A DNA stretch of 64,000 nucleotides from Myxococcota bacterium (GTDB lineage: Bacteria; Myxococcota_A; UBA9160; JAFDDA01), in NCBI GenBank assembly GCA_965228475.1, contig OZ245817.1, positions 1,760,001-1,824,000 on the forward strand. The letters run 5' to 3'. Position numbers and translations under genes: made by a program. Positions 9,837 to 18,405 of the stretch are shown here, piece by piece (the stretch's first letter is position 1; each line of letters opens with the position of its first letter). The notes beneath the pieces are model-generated. The model was not told the origin of the DNA, did not search any database, and was given only the letters and a program-made list of their open reading frames with translations.

Positions 9837-10937
9837 TCAGTCGGGCGGCCGTGCGTAGCAGACGGTGTCGTAGAGGTTCTGGGAGTGGTGGCCCAGATGG
9901 AGGCGGTAGCCGGGAACGGTTTCCTTCAGGAGGATCGGAAGCTCCCAGAGGTCGCTCGGCCGGTGGTAGATGCAGATCGCGAGCTTCGGCGTCCGCTCGG
10001 TCAGCAGCGCCTTCGCGCCGGCGAGGGCTTCGCGCTCGGCGCCTTCGACGTCGAGTTTGATCCAGTCGACGCGGCCGGCGGTCTGCTCCCAGGCGAACTC
10101 ATCGAGGGCGACGACCCGGATCGCTTCGGTGCCGGGGGCCGATTCGCCGTCGGCGTTCGCTTCGGCCGTCGTGACGCGAAACTGTGACGGAGCCCCGTCG
10201 GTGGCGAGCCGGATCTCTCCGGTGCGGTTCCAGCAGCCGACGGGCTCGACCGAGACGCGCGCGCCGTGCGGGTGCTGGGCGACCGCTTCGCGCAGGCGTT
10301 CGAGGTTTTCCGAGGCGGGCTCGAAGGCGTGGACCCGGCCTTCGCTCCCGACGGCTTCCGCGTAGTCGAGCGAGGTCTCGCCGTCGAAGGCGCCGCCGTC
10401 GAAGATCCGCTCGCCCGGAAGCACGGGAACCTCCGGATGGCGGTAGGGCGGGGTCGGCGGCGGCAGGTCGCCCGGGTCGAGGGAGCGCCGGTGCGCGAGC
10501 ACCGCGTCGAAGATCGCTCGGGACTCCGGCTGGATCAGGCTTCGCGCGAAATGGATCTCGTCGCGGGCGTCGTCGTACACGGTTTCGTCGAAATGCCCCG
10601 ACCAGCGCGGGTCGCAAACGACGCTGCCGTCGAGAACGGGGCCCTCGTAGCCGTCCCCGCGGAGCTGCGCGGTCATCTCCCTCGCGTACATGCTCGCGGT
10701 CACGATGGTCTCGAAGCCCACGGCCGCGGCCTCTTCCGGGCCGAGGATGCGCGCTCCGCGGAAGCGGCCTTCGCGGTAGCTGTCGACGAAGGCCTCGGGC
10801 TTCAGGCCCAGGGCCGCCAGGGCCTCCGCGACGGCTTCACCGCCGGCGCCCGTTCCGAAGACCGCGAAGCGCCCGGGCGCCTCGAGGAAGCGCGTGAGCG
10901 CCGCGTTTCGAACGTCTCGCAAACTCTGCCTCACCAT
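9837..10937 (-). CDS. FkbM family methyltransferase with N-terminal Rossmann-like domain
   Basis: FDGGAFDGET, VHAFEP, IKLDVEGAE, LAICIYHRPSDLWELP. Confidence 0.9.
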   Translation of the reverse strand: MVRQSLRDVRNAALTRFLEAPGRFAVFGTGAGGEAVAEALAALGLKPEAFVDSYREGRFRGARILGPEEAAAVGFETIVTASMYAREMTAQLRGDGYEGPVLDGSVVCDPRWSGHFDETVYDDARDEIHFARSLIQPESRAIFDAVLAHRRSLDPGDLPPPTPPYRHPEVPVLPGERIFDGGAFDGETSLDYAEAVGSEGRVHAFEPASENLERLREAVAQHPHGARVSVEPVGCWNRTGEIRLATDGAPSQFRVTTAEANADGESAPGTEAIRVVALDEFAWEQTAGRVDWIKLDVEGAEREALAGAKALLTERTPKLAICIYHRPSDLWELPILLKETVPGYRLHLGHHSQNLYDTVCYARPPD

Positions 10938-11836
10938 GTGCCGTAGTCCGCCAGGCCGAGGCTCGCGACGAGCGCCCCGGTCCGTTCCCGATAGATCCGC
11001 TCGTGCTCGGCACCGAAGAAGTGCTGCCAGTCGCCGACGCGGGCGCGCCGCACGTGGTTCGGTGCGTCGGCGCGGGTGCGTTCCGGCTCGGTGTGGCGCA
11101 GGACGTCCGCCGCGAGGACGCGGTCCTCGACGCCCGCGAACTGCAGGAGCCGCGCAATCTGGCCGGCCCGATCCCCGACGAGCTCCTCGAAGCGCACGAG
11201 CTCGTAGCGGGAGGCCAGCGCGCGATAGGCCTCGACGTGACGGGCCCAGCGGTCGACGGAATTCGCGAAGTAGTCGAGCCGTCCGTAGAGCGCCTCGGGC
11301 GTGTCGATCCGGTACTCCGGGTGGCGCGCGAGCATCCGAGGGGAGGTGGCGTAGTGGATCCAGGAGTTGACGACGTCGCGCCCGTCGCGGATCAGGTAGA
11401 TCCAGCGCCGGCCCGGTCCGAGCAGGCGGGCGTGATCCTCCCGGGGCTCCTGGTGGGTCCAGAGCAGGGCGGCGTCGCGTTCGAAGCGCGCGAGATCCCG
11501 CAGCGCGAAGCGCGCCTTCAGGTGGCTGTTGCGGACGTAGACCTGCGCGTCGTGGACTTCCGCTTCGTCGAGGTCGCGCTGTTCCGGGAAGGAGAGCGGG
11601 ACGCCGTCGAGGGCGAAGAGGGAGTTCCAGCAGCCGGTCCGCGCCGCATGGGACTGGAAGGTTCCGGCGCGCTCCATGGCGGTGCGGAGCGTGCGGTAGA
11701 GGAGGTAGTTGCCCGACTTCTCGACGCCGCACTGGCCGACGAGCGGCTGAGCGCCCTTGCCGGAGGCGGGCCGCTTCGGCCGTTGCGTCGTTTTCGGCGG
11801 CAGCGGGCCGCGCGGATGGATCGCCTGGCTGGCCAT
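10931..11836 (-). CDS. PAPS-dependent sulfotransferase domain protein
   Basis: EKSGNYLL (5'-PSB-like), IYLIRDGRDVVNSW (3'-PB), VRFEEL, VRRARVGDWQHFF. Confidence 0.85.
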   Translation of the reverse strand: MASQAIHPRGPLPPKTTQRPKRPASGKGAQPLVGQCGVEKSGNYLLYRTLRTAMERAGTFQSHAARTGCWNSLFALDGVPLSFPEQRDLDEAEVHDAQVYVRNSHLKARFALRDLARFERDAALLWTHQEPREDHARLLGPGRRWIYLIRDGRDVVNSWIHYATSPRMLARHPEYRIDTPEALYGRLDYFANSVDRWARHVEAYRALASRYELVRFEELVGDRAGQIARLLQFAGVEDRVLAADVLRHTEPERTRADAPNHVRRARVGDWQHFFGAEHERIYRERTGALVASLGLADYGTW

Positions 11837-11884
11837 GCAGTCCCCACGAGCGCGCTCGCGCCGCTCGTCGAACGGAGTCGATCG

Positions 11885-11921
11885 GCCACCGGATTCCCGG
11901 CGCCTTGCCACCGGATTCCCG
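11885..11921. repeat. Perfect 15-bp direct repeat with 22-bp period upstream of the sulfotransferase
   Basis: GCCACCGGATTCCCG at 11885-11899 and 11907-11921. Confidence 0.75.
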
Positions 11922-11993
11922 TGTGGCTTCGGGCTGGATCGGCGCGCCTTGCGCCCGGCTTGACCTTTGTTGCGGGGGAGTTGCCGCTTCGGG

Positions 11994-13298
11994 CTAGGCC
12001 GGCGGGAAGGGCCGGTCGCGTCCGAGCGGGGCCTTTTGGCCCCGAAGTGTGGCGAGCACGTAGGGCCCCTGCGGAAGCACGGCCACCCGCGCGCTGGGCT
12101 GCTCGGTGAGCACCCGGGCAATGCCCTCCGCCGGGCTCGCGACCGGCTCGACGAACAGCCCGCGCTGGGCTTCGGCCGGGAGGCCGTCGCTGTAGAGCAG
12201 CACCCGGGCCCGCCGCCGCGCCTGGCACAGGTGCTGGACCATCCACTGGTCGATGGCGAAGAACTCGGGATTCTCGAGCTCGAGTTCGAAGGCGTCGGGG
12301 CCCGCCGATTCCCGCAGACACTTCTCGAAGGAGGCGCTGCCGACGCCACCGTCGAGGGCGGCGCACAGGAGGATGGTGCCGCCCGGGCGGACGATCCCCT
12401 GGGCGGTCGCGATCCCCTTGATCGCCTGATAGAAGGTCGCGTCGAGGGGGGCGCCGCCGCCGGAGGTCACGACGAGGTCCGCGGGCTCCGGAAGCGACAC
12501 GAGGGACTCGTCTTCGACGAAGCGCATCGCGTCTTCGTGGGAGGCTTCGACGTCGCCGCAGAAGATGCCGGCCACCCGGCGCTCGCGGTCGAGGGCCACG
12601 TTCACGGCGAAGTGGACGCCGACGGCGCGCACGACCTCGAGCAGGGCTTCGTGGAGCGGGTTGCCCTCGACGATGCCCGGCCCGATGTGCCCCTCGAGGA
12701 GCTTCGGGCCGTGGGCGAAGCGGATCGTCTCCGTCGCCGCGAGGCCCGGGCAGACGGCCTTGCGCCCGCCCGAGTAGCCGGCCATCAGGTGTGGTTCGAC
12801 GAGCCCCGTCACGATCCGCAGGTCGCTCTCGCAGAAGACGCGGTCGATGCGGATGGGCAGGCCGGCGCGCGTGGTGCCGAGATCCACGTGCGCGTCGGCA
12901 TCCCGCGCGTCGTGCTGGACGATGCGGAGGGTGCGCGCGAGCTCCGTTCCGAGCATCCCGTCGAGCTCCTCGGGCGTGCTCGGCCGGTGGAGTCCCGTCG
13001 CGACGACGATGCGAACCGCCTCGGGCGGAAGGCCGCCCCGCCGCAGGGCGTCGAGCAGGGGCGGCAGGAGCAGCGCGTTCGGGACCGGGCGCGTCGCGTC
13101 GCTGACGACGATGGCCGCGTCGCGGCGGCCGCGGGCGAGCGCTTCGAGCGGCGCGCACGCCGTGGGCCGGGCGAGGGCCTCGCGCAGCGCGGCTTCCGGG
13201 TCGGGGAGGGGCGGCACCGCGACCTTCTCGAGCACCCGGCTCCCGTCCGGCACCTCGACGGGCAGCGTGCCGCGTCCATGGGCGAGTTCGACCTGCAC
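11994..13298 (-). CDS. LarA-superfamily nickel-pincer racemase/epimerase
   Basis: SDATRPVPN, ATGLHR, HDA, EPHLMAGYSGGRKAVCPG, YQAIKG, DQW, PQGPY. Confidence 0.9.
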   Translation of the reverse strand: MQVELAHGRGTLPVEVPDGSRVLEKVAVPPLPDPEAALREALARPTACAPLEALARGRRDAAIVVSDATRPVPNALLLPPLLDALRRGGLPPEAVRIVVATGLHRPSTPEELDGMLGTELARTLRIVQHDARDADAHVDLGTTRAGLPIRIDRVFCESDLRIVTGLVEPHLMAGYSGGRKAVCPGLAATETIRFAHGPKLLEGHIGPGIVEGNPLHEALLEVVRAVGVHFAVNVALDRERRVAGIFCGDVEASHEDAMRFVEDESLVSLPEPADLVVTSGGGAPLDATFYQAIKGIATAQGIVRPGGTILLCAALDGGVGSASFEKCLRESAGPDAFELELENPEFFAIDQWMVQHLCQARRRARVLLYSDGLPAEAQRGLFVEPVASPAEGIARVLTEQPSARVAVLPQGPYVLATLRGQKAPLGRDRPFPPA

Positions 13299-13350
13299 GG
13301 CTCAAGCCTACGCCAGTTCGGCCGTTTGGTAAGGTTCGCGAGGGGGGAAC

Positions 13351-14208
13351 GTGGAACGCTTGGGGACTCGCAGGCTCGGGGCGCGCGGCCTGGCCGCCGG
13401 CGCAGGGGCGGCTCTCGTCCTTGGCCTCGCCGCTCTCGCGGCGTTCGGCCCGGGCGAAGTCCGCGCCGACGACCCGGAGCCGGACCGTTTCGACACCGTC
13501 GTTCTCGACGCCGGCCACGGCGGCAAGGACGAGGGCGCGAAGGGGCAGGGCGGCCTGCTCGAGAAGGAGGTCGTCTTCGACGTCGCCCTGCGCGTGCGCG
13601 ACCGGCTCACCGCCCTCGGCTACCGCGTCGTTCTCACCCGGGAGACGGACGAGCGCGTCTCCCTGGCGGACCGCGTCGAGCGCGCGAACCAGGCGCGCGG
13701 CGACCTGTTCGTCTCGATCCACGCGAACGCCGCGCCCCAGGACTACGTGCGCGGCGTCGAGACTTTCTTCCTCTCCCTCGAGGCGAGCGACGACGCCGCC
13801 CGCGCCCTGGCCGAGGCCGAGAACGAGGCGTTCGAGAGCGTCCCGCAGCTCGACCCCTCGGGCGGCGACGCCCTGCTCGGGATCCTCGGCGATCTCATGG
13901 CCAACGAGCACATGGTCGAGTCGAACGAGTTCGCCCGCATGGCCCAACAGGCGCTCTCGATGCGGGATTCCGTCCGCTCGCGCGGCGTGAAGCAGGCCCC
14001 GTTCTACGTCCTGATGGGCGTGCGCATGCCCGCCTGCCTCGTCGAGATCGGCTTCCTCTCGAACGAACGCGACGAGCGGGAGCTCTCCGAGGCCCAGCGG
14101 CGGGAGGAGATCGCGGATGCGCTGGCGATCTCGATCGTCCGCTTCGGAGAGCGGTATGATGCGCGGCGCGGCCTCGTTCGGCCGCCGGTCGCCGCCCGCG
14201 GCGACTGA
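13351..14208 (+). CDS. N-acetylmuramoyl-L-alanine amidase (Amidase_3), catalytic domain only
   Basis: [44 protein letters not shown]. Confidence 0.93.
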   Translation: MERLGTRRLGARGLAAGAGAALVLGLAALAAFGPGEVRADDPEPDRFDTVVLDAGHGGKDEGAKGQGGLLEKEVVFDVALRVRDRLTALGYRVVLTRETDERVSLADRVERANQARGDLFVSIHANAAPQDYVRGVETFFLSLEASDDAARALAEAENEAFESVPQLDPSGGDALLGILGDLMANEHMVESNEFARMAQQALSMRDSVRSRGVKQAPFYVLMGVRMPACLVEIGFLSNERDERELSEAQRREEIADALAISIVRFGERYDARRGLVRPPVAARGD

Positions 14209-14244
14209 AGAACCCGACCGGTCGGCGACCGAAGAACCCGACCG
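14199..14244. repeat. 22-bp near-perfect tandem duplication spanning the amidase stop
   Basis: CGGCGACTGAAGAACCCGACCG (14199-14220) and CGGCGACCGAAGAACCCGACCG (14223-14244). Confidence 0.7.
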
Positions 14245-14270
14245 CCCGAACCGACACAGGAGAACGCGCG

Positions 14271-14999
14271 TTGCGCCACGACGGCCGCCAGCCGGACGAA
14301 CTCCGGCAGCTCACCTTGACCCCCGACTTCACCGAAAACCCGCTCGGCTCCGTCCTGTGTGCGATGGGCAAGACGAAGGTGCTCTGCACCGTCAGCCACG
14401 AGAGCAGCGTGCCGCGCTTCCTGCAGGGGACCGGGCAGGGCTGGGTCACCGCCGAGTACTCGCTCCTGCCGGGCTCGACCGATACGCGCAGCCAGCGCGA
14501 GGCGGCGCGGGGCAAGCAGTCCGGGCGCACGCTCGAGATCCAGCGCCTGATCGGCCGCAGCCTGCGCGCCGTCGTCGACCTGCGGCGCCTCGGCGACCGC
14601 ACGCTCTACGTGGACTGCGACGTGCTCCAGGCCGACGGCGGCACGCGGACGGCCTCCATCACCGGTGCCTACGTGGCCCTCGCCCTGGCCGTGCACCGGC
14701 TGCAGCTCGAGAAGTCCCCGCTGCTCGACTCGGTCGGCGCGATCTCCGTCGGTGTCGTGAAGGGCCAGCTGGTCCTCGACCTCGACTATCCCGAGGACTC
14801 CCGCGCCGACGTCGACATGAACGTCGTGATGACGGGCGCCGGCCGCTTCGTCGAGGTCCAGGGGACCGCCGAGCGGGGAACCTTCGACCAGAGCGAACTC
14901 TCCGCCCTGACCGCGCTCGCCGCCGACGGCATCGCGAAGATCACCGCGGCGCAGAACGAAGTGCTGGCCGGCCTGGGCGCGACGCCCCCGGGCGCGTGA
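14271..14999 (+). CDS. rph: Ribonuclease PH
   Basis: [44 protein letters not shown]. Confidence 0.97.
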   Translation: MRHDGRQPDELRQLTLTPDFTENPLGSVLCAMGKTKVLCTVSHESSVPRFLQGTGQGWVTAEYSLLPGSTDTRSQREAARGKQSGRTLEIQRLIGRSLRAVVDLRRLGDRTLYVDCDVLQADGGTRTASITGAYVALALAVHRLQLEKSPLLDSVGAISVGVVKGQLVLDLDYPEDSRADVDMNVVMTGAGRFVEVQGTAERGTFDQSELSALTALAADGIAKITAAQNEVLAGLGATPPGA

Positions 15000-15640
15000 C
15001 GGCCGCCGCCCCCGCCGTGTCTCGCATCGTGCTGGCGACGCAGAACGCCGGGAAGCTCCGCGAGGTGGCGGCCCTCTTCGAGGACCAGCCGTTCGAACTC
15101 GTCGCGCTCTCGACGTTCCCGGGCGTGGCCCTGCCCGAGGAGGGGGAGGACTACGCCGAGAACGCAGCCGTGAAGGCGCGCACGGCCGCCGAAGCCACGG
15201 GCCTGCCGGCCCTCGGCGACGACTCGGGCATCGAGGTGGCGGCCCTCGACGGGCGCCCGGGCCCGCTCTCGGCGCGCTACGGCGGCGAAGGCCTCGACGC
15301 CGCCGGTCGGAACGCACGCCTGCTCGCGGAGCTCGCCGGCGTGCCCGCGGGCGAGCGCGCCGCCCGGTTCTATTGCGTGGTCGCCCTCGCGCGGCCGGAC
15401 GGGCGGGTCGAGATCGTCACCGGCGAGTGCCGGGGCGAGATCCTCGAGGCGCCCTCGGGATCGGCCGGCTTCGGCTACGACCCGATCTTCCGCCCGGAGG
15501 GGTACGACGTCTCGATGGCCGAGGTGGGCGAGGCCGAGAAGAACCGGATCTCCCATCGCGGCCGGGCCTTCGCGGCGTTGCGCCCCCGGCTCGCGGAACT
15601 CTCGCGCGAGCTCCGAGGCTCCGCGCGGGCCGACGGCTAG
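14996..15640 (+). CDS. rdgB: Non-canonical purine NTP pyrophosphatase (RdgB/HAM1)
   Basis: [44 protein letters not shown] overlap with rph. Confidence 0.95.
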   Translation: MTAAAPAVSRIVLATQNAGKLREVAALFEDQPFELVALSTFPGVALPEEGEDYAENAAVKARTAAEATGLPALGDDSGIEVAALDGRPGPLSARYGGEGLDAAGRNARLLAELAGVPAGERAARFYCVVALARPDGRVEIVTGECRGEILEAPSGSAGFGYDPIFRPEGYDVSMAEVGEAEKNRISHRGRAFAALRPRLAELSRELRGSARADG

Positions 15641-15714
15641 AGCCGGTCTTGAAGAATGAGCGGGCACGGCCCTGCTCGGCGGGCCTGACACGCAGGACAT
15701 TACCGAGACGGGCT

Positions 15715-16356
15715 CTAGCTCGAGAGCAGCACCGCGAGGCGGCGTCGCGCCCGGAACGCCCGGCTCTTCGCCGCCGCCGGGTGGATGCCTCGCTCCGCGC
15801 CGTACTCGCCATAGCTTCGCTCCGGGAGCACGCACCGCTCGATCACGTCGCGGTCCTCGGGCCCGAGGGCGGCGATGCGGTCGTGCAGGAGGCGGGCCGC
15901 TTCCTCGCGGGAAAAGTCTTCCACGGGCCCGGGCCGGGGGTCGACGACCTCCTCGATCTCCCGTTCACCCGGGCTCGTGATGCGGTTCGCCCGCCGGCGT
16001 TCCGCGCGCAGCCACATGAGGGCCTCGTTCGCGACGATGCGGTGGAGCCAGGTCGAGACGCGCGCCTGACCGCGGAACTGATCGCGGTGGCGAAGCGCCT
16101 TTTCGAAGGCATTCTGCACGACGTCCTCCGCGGCCTCGGCATTCCGGGTGAAGCGGAGGGCCACCGCGGTGAGGCGGGACCGCAGACGCTCGAAGAGACG
16201 GCCCAGCGCATCTTCCGAAATCGGAAGCGTGCGCGTGGCGTCCAAGCTGCGGGCGGCGGCCGGGTCCGCGGGCCCGTGCTTCGCTGCGGCCGTCCGCAGG
16301 GTGTCGAGGGGCCGGGTGAACCGGGGAGCCTGATGTTCGGATCGGTCGTCGTACAC
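15715..16356 (-). CDS. ECF RNA polymerase sigma factor
   Basis: AEDVVQNAF, STWLHRIVANEA, region-4 KSRAFRARRRL; GTG start after AAGGAG. Confidence 0.88.
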   Translation of the reverse strand: MYDDRSEHQAPRFTRPLDTLRTAAAKHGPADPAAARSLDATRTLPISEDALGRLFERLRSRLTAVALRFTRNAEAAEDVVQNAFEKALRHRDQFRGQARVSTWLHRIVANEALMWLRAERRRANRITSPGEREIEEVVDPRPGPVEDFSREEAARLLHDRIAALGPEDRDVIERCVLPERSYGEYGAERGIHPAAAKSRAFRARRRLAVLLSS

Positions 16357-16392
16357 TTCCGCATCTCCTTCGTCCCGTTTGCGCGCATGGGA

Positions 16393-16418
16393 TACGATTG
16401 GCGGGAGACGCCGGTTAC
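16393..16418 (-). promoter_or_regulatory. ECF-type promoter GTAACC-N16-CGTA for the leftward sigma gene
   Basis: Minus strand reads GTAACC ggcgtctcccgccaat CGTA. Confidence 0.7.
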
Positions 16419-16489
16419 CGGCGCGCAGGAGGGCATTCGGCCGCGCCCGGTCGGGCGGGGGGCGCGCCGATGCAGGGGGCCATTGCCGA

Positions 16490-16515
16490 GTAACCGATGA
16501 GTCCGATCCATCGTA
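16490..16515 (+). promoter_or_regulatory. ECF-type promoter GTAACC-N16-CGTA for the rightward sigma/anti-sigma pair
   Basis: GTAACC gatgagtccgatccat CGTA; close to the SigF/ECF16 consensus GTAACC-N16-CGAA. Confidence 0.75.
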
Positions 16516-16525
16516 GAAGTCATGG

Positions 16526-17155
16526 GTGCCCTTCGTCCGGCACCTGCCTGCGGGTCCGTCCTTGAGCCCTCCGCCCTCCAAGTCACCGGAGCGCGAGGCC
16601 CGGGAGAACCGCTGGCGCGAATGGATGGCGGCGGCCCAGGACGGCGACGCGAAGGCCTACGAGCAGCTCCTGCAGGAGCTCCTCCCGGAGGTCCGCAGCC
16701 TGGTGCGACGCCGGATGTCGGGAAGCTCGGAGGAAGCCGCCGTGGAAGACGTGGTCCAGAACACGCTGCTCGCGATCCATCGCTCGCGCCACACGTACCG
16801 GCCCGAGCGGCCCTTCGGCCCGTGGCTGCGGGCCGTCGCGCGCAATGCCTTCCTCGATCACGCGCGGGTTCGCAGCCGCCGCGCGGAACGGGAGATCCCC
16901 CTCGACACGACGCCCGAACCGGCGGACGAGACGCCGCCGTCTCTCGAGAACGAGCGCCTTTCGCCGGAGCTCGAGCGCGCCCTGGCGAGCCTGCCGCCGA
17001 GTCAACGCGAGGCCGTCGAGTTGATCCAGTTACAGGGCCTGTCGGTCGCGGAAGCCGCGGTCCGCGCCGGGGTCTCGACCTCGGCGGTGAAGGTGAGAGC
17101 GCATCGCGGGTACCGCGCGTTGCGCGCCTGGCTCGAAGGGAGCAGCCATGGGTGA
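16526..17155 (+). CDS. ECF sigma factor, SigF/ECF16-like (start uncertain)
   Basis: MAAAQDGDAKAYEQLL, EDVVQNTLLAIHRSRHTYRPERPFGPWL, AVKVRAHRGYRAL. Confidence 0.92.
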   Translation: MPFVRHLPAGPSLSPPPSKSPEREARENRWREWMAAAQDGDAKAYEQLLQELLPEVRSLVRRRMSGSSEEAAVEDVVQNTLLAIHRSRHTYRPERPFGPWLRAVARNAFLDHARVRSRRAEREIPLDTTPEPADETPPSLENERLSPELERALASLPPSQREAVELIQLQGLSVAEAAVRAGVSTSAVKVRAHRGYRALRAWLEGSSHG

Positions 17156-17810
17156 GGAAACCCGGGACTTCGCCCGCGAACTCGCGCGCGATCTGACGCC
17201 CGTCGAGCGCATCGGACGCCTCCGCATGGGGTTGTTGCGCGTGTTCGCCGGCTGGGCGCTCGCCGCCTGCGCCGTGCTCTTGATGAAGGGCATCAGCGCG
17301 AATCTCTCCGACCCGACCCTGATGTTCGGAGGCCTCGGTGCGCTCTTGTTGGGCCTGGCGCTGGTCGGGCTCGGTGGCCTCGTCGCCGCCTTGGCCTCCT
17401 CGGTGCCGGGCCGGGAAGGGACGGCGCGCATGGGCGCCGTGACCGCCGCCTGCGGCGCGCTCGTGGCCCTGGGCCTCGGAGCCACCCTGCTGGTCGGCAG
17501 CCCCGCGACGAGCGCAGCGCCGACGCTCTACTCGGACGTGGCCTGCTTCCTGATGGCCGTCACCGTGGCGCTGCTGCCCGCGATGGGCGCCTTGCTCTAC
17601 GTCGCCCGCGCCGTGCCGCGCCGCCCGGGCGCGGTGCTGTTCGCCGTCGGGCTCGGGGCGGTCGGCCTCGGCGCCTTCACGGCCGAGGTGGTCTGCATGG
17701 ACATGGCGCTGCGCCATCTGATCGTAAGCCATGCCCTCGCGCCGGCTCTCGGCGCGCTGCTCCTGCTCGGGCCGCTCTGGCTGGGGCTTCGACGGATCCG
17801 CGTCGGCTGA
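17148..17810 (+). CDS. NrsF-like (DUF1109) membrane anti-sigma factor
   Basis: LARDLTPV N-terminus, about six TM segments, Cys in VACF and VVCMD...HLIVSH; overlaps the sigma gene stop. Confidence 0.75.
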   Translation: MGEETRDFARELARDLTPVERIGRLRMGLLRVFAGWALAACAVLLMKGISANLSDPTLMFGGLGALLLGLALVGLGGLVAALASSVPGREGTARMGAVTAACGALVALGLGATLLVGSPATSAAPTLYSDVACFLMAVTVALLPAMGALLYVARAVPRRPGAVLFAVGLGAVGLGAFTAEVVCMDMALRHLIVSHALAPALGALLLLGPLWLGLRRIRVG

Positions 17811-17874
17811 GGGACCCCTTCCGTTCGCGCGGGCCGAGCGGCTCGCGCGGCGTGCTCCGCTAGCCTGCAACCCC

Positions 17875-18405
17875 ATGACGACCCGACTCGTTCTCGTCCG
17901 CCACGGCCAGTCCGTCTGGAACGCCTCGCGCCGCTGGCAGGGCCATGCCGATGCGCCGCTCTCGGAGCTGGGCCGCGACCAGGCCAAGGAGACCGCGCGC
18001 CGCCTCGCCGGCGAGACCTTCGAGGCGCTCTATGCGAGCGACCTGCGGCGCGCCACCGAGACCGCCCGCATCGTCGGTGCGCCCCACGGACGCGTGCCCG
18101 TGGTCGACCGCCGCCTGCGCGAGCTCGACATCGGCGAATGGGAGGGGCTCTCGCGCGAGCAGATCGCCGCGCGCTGGCCCGAGGAGCTCGAGCGCTTCGA
18201 CGCCGACGAGCCCGGGGCTCGAGCGCCGGGCGGCGAGACGCGGAGCGAACTCCAGGCGCGGGTCTTCGCCGCCCTCGACGACTTGACCGGACGCCACGGC
18301 GGGGGTCCGCTCCTGGTGGTCGCCCACGGCGGCGTGCTGGCGGCGATCCTCGGGTGGTTCGGGCACGAGAACGGCGAAGCCGTGCCCTGTGACTGGCCGC
18401 TCTAG
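17875..18405 (+). CDS. Histidine phosphatase (phosphoglycerate mutase family)
   Basis: LVRHGQS, SDLRRA, LRELDIGEWEG, VVAHGG. Confidence 0.92.
   Translation: MTTRLVLVRHGQSVWNASRRWQGHADAPLSELGRDQAKETARRLAGETFEALYASDLRRATETARIVGAPHGRVPVVDRRLRELDIGEWEGLSREQIAARWPEELERFDADEPGARAPGGETRSELQARVFAALDDLTGRHGGGPLLVVAHGGVLAAILGWFGHENGEAVPCDWPL

Noticed and set aside
14199..14244. 22-bp duplication before rph as a regulatory system
   Set aside because: Two copies spanning a stop codon; simplest explanation is a local slippage duplication.
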